Origin: an uncultured Actinomycetota bacterium
Lineage (GTDB): Bacteria > Actinomycetota > Actinomycetes > Mycobacteriales > Micromonosporaceae
Length of the DNA: 64,000 nucleotides
Direction of reading: 5' to 3'
NCBI GenBank assembly: GCA_963805605.1
Contig: CAWDUX010000002.1
Span: 119,672 to 183,671 of the forward strand
The notes beneath the pieces are model-generated. The model was not told the DNA's origin, did no database searches, and worked only from the letters and a program-made list of their open reading frames with translations. Made by a program: the position numbers and the translations under genes. Of the stretch, positions 59,569 to 64,000 are shown in pieces. Position 1 is the stretch's first letter; each line of letters starts with the position of its first letter.

Positions 59569-60219
59569 ATGGTGGACGATCCGGCCGGCCGGCTGTACGA
59601 GATGGCGATCGAGCTCGGCGCGATGGCGCAGAACGGGCTGAACTACTCCACCGACAAGTACGAGCTGGACCGCTACCGGCGGATCCGGGAGATGACCGCC
59701 GAGCTGTACGGCCTGATCGCCGACCGGGAACCGGACGAGTTCCATCGGGCGCTGTCCGCCGAGATCGGGCACGCCACCCCGAAGCTGGACGCCCGGGGTG
59801 CGCTGTTCGACGACGACGGTCGGGTGCTGCTGGTGCGCGAGGCCGCGGACGGTTGCTGGACCCTGCCCGGTGGCTGGATCGACGCCCTGGACACCCCGCG
59901 GCACGCCGCCGAACGGGAGTTCGCCGAGGAGGCCGGGCTACGCGTACGGGCCGCCACGCTGGCCGCCCTGCACGACGGCACCCGGCACAACGGCCATCCG
60001 GCCGGGGCGGTGATGTGGCACATCTACAAGCTGTTCTTCATCATGGACCGGCTCGACGACGCCGCGCCGGTGGCCGGCCTGGACGGCGAGACCACCGATG
60101 TCGGCTTCTTCGCCCTGGACGCGTTGCCTGAGCTGTCCACCCGTCGTACCACCGAGGCGCAGTTGCGCCTGCTGTGGAGCTACCACGAGGACCGGACCCT
60201 GATCCCGGAGATCGACTGA
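59569..60219 (+). CDS. NUDIX hydrolase with Nudix_N domain
   Basis: AQNGLNYSTDKYE N-domain, HATPKLDARG, Nudix box GG...AEREFAEEAG. Confidence 0.9.
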   Translation: MVDDPAGRLYEMAIELGAMAQNGLNYSTDKYELDRYRRIREMTAELYGLIADREPDEFHRALSAEIGHATPKLDARGALFDDDGRVLLVREAADGCWTLPGGWIDALDTPRHAAEREFAEEAGLRVRAATLAALHDGTRHNGHPAGAVMWHIYKLFFIMDRLDDAAPVAGLDGETTDVGFFALDALPELSTRRTTEAQLRLLWSYHEDRTLIPEID

Positions 60220-60278
60220 CGGCGCGGACCGCACCGGTCCACGCCGTCAGTGTCGCCGATCCGGCCGCGCTCAGCCGG

Positions 60279-61256
60279 TCACGAGCCCATCTTGGTCAGG
60301 ATGCCCTTGCAGATGTCCACGGCCATCTTCTTGGCGTCGTCCTTGGTGGTGCCCTTGTGCGTGCCGATCGTCAGCGTCAGCTGCAGCGTCATGTTGCTGT
60401 CCAGAACGTTGACGGACTCACTGAAGACCGAGAAGTCGTCGCCGGCGGAGCTGCTGGAGTTGTCGTACGTGTAGTAGCCCTTTTCGCCGACTCCGGTGAG
60501 TTCACCGAACTCCCGGCCCTGCGAGGTGGTGTTCTTCTCGGTCTTGTGCGACGAGTCGTACGAGCTGCTGGCCGGGCCGACCTTGCTGTATACGGTCGCG
60601 CTGGCGTTGATGGTGACCGACTCGTAGTTGCCGCTGTCGGTGTCGCTCAGCTGGATGCGGCACGTCAGATACTTCGTTGCGCTGGAGTAGCTGTGGTCGT
60701 CGTGCGCGGTACTGGTCTTGTTGCTGGAGATCGACTCGGCCGGCTTGGTGTCCACCGCGGTGCACAGGTTGTCGATCGCCTTGTACTTGCCGGAGCTGTT
60801 GGCGTTGCTGTCGCCGCCGCCGAACACCGCCACCCCGACCACGATCAGGATGACGATGACCAGTACGACGGCGCCGCCACCACCGATCAGCCACGGCACC
60901 CAGTTGGTCTTCTTGGGCGGCGGGGGGCCGCCGAAGCCGCCCTGCTGGTTGTAGCCCGGGTAGCCCTGCTGGGGCGGGTAGCCCGGCTGCCCGTAGCCCT
61001 GCTGCGGGTACGCCTGGTTCGGGTCGGGTGCGCCGTAGTTCGGCTGCTGCCCGTAAGCCTGGTTCGGGTCGTACGGCTGCTGGTAGCCCTGCTGACCGTA
61101 ACCCTGCGGCGCGTTCGGGTCGAAGCCCGGTCCGCTGGTGGGCGGCGAGACGTTGTAGTGGGTCTGTTCCGAAGGGGGCTGCCAGTCGCCACCGGGCCCC
61201 CATTGTCCGCCGTACGGCTGCTGTGGTCCGGTCACCAGGAGCCTCCTTGGGAGCAT
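60279..61256 (-). CDS. Membrane-anchored protein with Pro/Gln/Tyr-rich cytoplasmic N-terminus and Cys-containing extracellular domain
   Basis: QQGY/QPGY low complexity, single TM, Ser/Thr-rich ectodomain; start codon uncertain. Confidence 0.75.
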   Translation of the reverse strand: MLPRRLLVTGPQQPYGGQWGPGGDWQPPSEQTHYNVSPPTSGPGFDPNAPQGYGQQGYQQPYDPNQAYGQQPNYGAPDPNQAYPQQGYGQPGYPPQQGYPGYNQQGGFGGPPPPKKTNWVPWLIGGGGAVVLVIVILIVVGVAVFGGGDSNANSSGKYKAIDNLCTAVDTKPAESISSNKTSTAHDDHSYSSATKYLTCRIQLSDTDSGNYESVTINASATVYSKVGPASSSYDSSHKTEKNTTSQGREFGELTGVGEKGYYTYDNSSSSAGDDFSVFSESVNVLDSNMTLQLTLTIGTHKGTTKDDAKKMAVDICKGILTKMGS

Positions 61257-61543
61257 GCTGGGTAGTGATGTCAGTACTGATCCTCACGGGGTGACGGCGA
61301 AACCGCCGGACCGTACCGCGGTGTCATCAGCTTAGGAGAAGCGGGCAACCGGAGCCGAGGCCAGGGGCGGTACGCAGCGCCCCGCACAGGCCCGGTCGCG
61401 TTGCGTTCAGTGATCGCCCGGATGGAGCTCCCCCGGCCCGGACCCCGCCCGCCGCGGACCCGCCGCGTACGCTGGTGGATTGGCCGGCCGGGCGTACCTG
61501 TCCCGGGCGGGGTCCAGTTGCCGACAACGGGAGTTCCCACACC

Positions 61544-63484
61544 ATGTCCGACACTGTCACCTCCGCAGAGGACAGCGTCTTCGATCGGCTGGAACCGTTG
61601 CTGCCCCGGGTACAGAAGCCGATCCAGTACGTCGGTGGCGAGCTCGGCGCGGTGACCAAGGGCTGGGCGGAGTGCGCCGTGCACTGGGCGCTGATGTACC
61701 CGGACGCCTACGAGGTGGGGCAACCCAACCAGGGCGTGCAGATCCTGTACGAGGTACTCAATGAACAGCCGGACGTGCTCGCCGAGCGGACCTACTCGGT
61801 CTGGCCGGATCTCGAGGCACTGATGCGCGAGCACCACGTCCCGCAGTTCACCATCGACTCGCACCGGCCGGTGGGCGCCTTCGATCTGTTCGGCGTCTCC
61901 TTCTCCACCGAGCTCGGCTACACCAATCTGCTGACCGCCCTGGACCTGGCCGGTATACCGCTGCTCGCGGCGGAGCGTACCGACGCCGATCCGATCGTGC
62001 TGGCAGGTGGGCACGCCGCGTTCAACCCGGAGCCGATCGCGGACTTCCTGGACGCCGCCGTACTGGGCGACGGCGAGGAGGCGGTACTCGACATCACCGC
62101 CATCACCCGGGACTGGAAGGCGGAGGGCTGCCCGGGTGGCCGGGACGAGTTGCTGCTGCGGCTGGCCCGGACCGAGTCGGTCTACGTACCGCGCTTCTAC
62201 GACGTCGACTACCTGCCCGACGGGCGGATCCAGCGGGTCGTGCCGAACCGGGCGGACGTCCCGTTCCGGGTGCACAAGCGCACCACGATGGATCTGGACG
62301 CCTGGCCGTACCCGAAGAAGCAGATCGTCCCGCTGGCCGAGACGGTGCATGAGCGCTACGCGGTGGAGATCTTCCGGGGCTGCACCCGCGGATGCCGGTT
62401 CTGCCAGGCGGGCATGATCACCCGCCCGGTCCGGGAACGCTCGATCACCACGATCGGCGACATGGTGGAGAACGGTCTGAAGGAGTCCGGCTTCAACGAG
62501 GTCGGACTGCTCTCGCTGTCCTCGGCGGACCATTCGGAGATCGCCGAGGTGGCGCACGGGCTGGCAGACCGCTACCAGGGCAGCAACGTGTCGCTGTCGT
62601 TGCCGTCCACCCGGGTCGACGCGTTCAACGTGACCCTGGCCGAGGAACTGGCCCGCAATGGCCGCCGGTCGGGCCTGACCTTCGCCCCGGAGGGCGGCAG
62701 CGAGCGGATCCGCAAGGTGATCAACAAGATGGTCACCGAGGAGGACCTGATCCGCACCGTGGTCACCGCGTACTCGGGTGGCTGGCGGCAGGTGAAGCTC
62801 TACTTCATGTGCGGGCTGCCGACCGAGACCGACGAGGACGTACTGCAGATCGCCTCGCTCGCGCACCGGGTGATCACCTCGGGGCGGGAGGCCACCGGCT
62901 CCCGGGACGTGCGGTGTACCGTGTCCATCGGGGGTTTCGTCCCGAAACCGCACACTCCGTTCCAATGGGCCGCGATGACCGATCCGGAGACCATCGACCG
63001 GCGGCTGATGGCACTGCGCAGCGAGATCAACAGCAACCGCTCGCTGGGCCGGGCGATCGGCTACCGCTACCACGACGGGCGCCCCAGCCACATCGAGGGA
63101 CTGCTGTCGCGCGGCGACCGTCGGGTCGGCCGGGTCATCCGGGCGGTGTGGGCTGCCGGCGGCCGGTTCGACGGCTGGAGCGAGCACTTCTCGTACGACC
63201 GCTGGGTCGCCGCCTGCGAGGCGGAACTGCCGTCCCAGGGCGTGTCGCTGCCCTGGTTCACCACCCGGGAACGGGAGGAGGCGGAGGTCCTGCCATGGGA
63301 CCACCTGGACTCCGGGCTGGACAAGGACTGGCTCTGGGCAGACTGGCAGGATTCGCTCAGCGAAGTCGAACAGGAAGACTGCCGTTGGACCCCCTGCTTC
63401 GACTGCGGTGTCTGCCCGTCGATGGACACCGAGATCCAGATCGGGCCGACCGGACACACCCTCCTTCCGCTGACCCCGATCTAG
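61544..63484 (+). CDS. TIGR03960-type B12-binding radical SAM protein
   Basis: VQKPIQYVGGELG, YPDAYEVG, CTRGCRFC, KLYFMCGLP, C-terminal CFDCGVC. Confidence 0.93.
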   Translation: MSDTVTSAEDSVFDRLEPLLPRVQKPIQYVGGELGAVTKGWAECAVHWALMYPDAYEVGQPNQGVQILYEVLNEQPDVLAERTYSVWPDLEALMREHHVPQFTIDSHRPVGAFDLFGVSFSTELGYTNLLTALDLAGIPLLAAERTDADPIVLAGGHAAFNPEPIADFLDAAVLGDGEEAVLDITAITRDWKAEGCPGGRDELLLRLARTESVYVPRFYDVDYLPDGRIQRVVPNRADVPFRVHKRTTMDLDAWPYPKKQIVPLAETVHERYAVEIFRGCTRGCRFCQAGMITRPVRERSITTIGDMVENGLKESGFNEVGLLSLSSADHSEIAEVAHGLADRYQGSNVSLSLPSTRVDAFNVTLAEELARNGRRSGLTFAPEGGSERIRKVINKMVTEEDLIRTVVTAYSGGWRQVKLYFMCGLPTETDEDVLQIASLAHRVITSGREATGSRDVRCTVSIGGFVPKPHTPFQWAAMTDPETIDRRLMALRSEINSNRSLGRAIGYRYHDGRPSHIEGLLSRGDRRVGRVIRAVWAAGGRFDGWSEHFSYDRWVAACEAELPSQGVSLPWFTTREREEAEVLPWDHLDSGLDKDWLWADWQDSLSEVEQEDCRWTPCFDCGVCPSMDTEIQIGPTGHTLLPLTPI

Positions 63485-63550
63485 TCATCCGGCTGGTGGC
63501 AGTACACGAGCGGCCCGGTCGGGGGACGCCGGACTCTTCAGGAGACATCG

Positions 63551-64000
63551 ATGAGTAAGCGAGCACGTCCGGACAGCCATCAGGAGCCGGTGGTGGCGCG
63601 GCTGCGCGTGCGGTACGCCAAGCGCGGCAGGCTCAGGTTCACCTCGCACCGGGACTTCGCGCGTGCGCTGGAGCGGGCGATCCGGAGGGCGGCCGTGCCG
63701 ATCGCGTACTCGGCCGGGTTCAGCCCGCACCCGAAGATCTCGTACGCCTCGGCGGCGCCGACCGGGGTGGCCAGCGAGGCGGAGTACCTGGAGCTGGGGC
63801 TGCAGGCGCAGATGTCACCCGACGAGGTGCACAGCGCGCTGGACGCGGCCCTGCCGCCGGGACTGGACGTTCTGGAGGTCGTACCCGCGCACGGCGCTGA
63901 CTTCGCCGGACGGATCACCGCGTCCCGGTGGCGCATCGAGCTGCCGGGGGTCGCCGGCGGTGTGGCCCGGGATGCGGTGAGGGCCTTCCTGGCCGCCGAC
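63551..64000 (+). CDS. TIGR03936-type radical SAM-associated protein (DUF2344), 3' partial
   Basis: RVRYAKRGRLRFTSHRD, AYSAGFSPHPKISY, GVASEAEY. Confidence 0.92.
   Translation, partial: MSKRARPDSHQEPVVARLRVRYAKRGRLRFTSHRDFARALERAIRRAAVPIAYSAGFSPHPKISYASAAPTGVASEAEYLELGLQAQMSPDEVHSALDAALPPGLDVLEVVPAHGADFAGRITASRWRIELPGVAGGVARDAVRAFLAAD

Noticed and set aside
60900-61200. Repetitive DNA as a non-coding repeat or array
   Set aside because: Explained by Pro/Gln/Tyr low-complexity coding sequence

Overview
High-GC actinomycete chromosomal segment (Micromonosporaceae-like by gene content; inference). It follows the conserved actinobacterial order ctaJ/ctaI-pepN-Rv2466c-like-rpiB-nei ... tRNA-Gly/tRNA-Pro ... 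tig-clpP1-clpP2-clpX ... valS-folC-DUF4233-ndk-radical SAM pair. About 29 kb of accessory DNA lies between nei (14407) and tRNA-Gly (43367). It holds an XRE-HTH-MurA fusion with a palindrome just upstream, antibiotic-modifying-type enzymes, a DUF5753/2xDUF397 module, a ~400 bp non-coding nested inverted-repeat element, a Mn riboswitch with a GDT1 exporter, a many-TM histidine kinase, a 5x DUF1707 protein, a complete IS5-family element (TIRs, AAT duplication) and a run of short immunity-like genes. That run ends in a degenerate ~73 bp copy of the tRNA-Gly 3' end plus hairpin, an att-like scar. At least seven frameshifts fall in 25-41 kb, and a 26-bp tandem duplication breaks an ABC permease, while the housekeeping genes are intact. 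No rRNA, CRISPR array or integrase was seen. Family names come from motif recognition by eye; no database searches were run.
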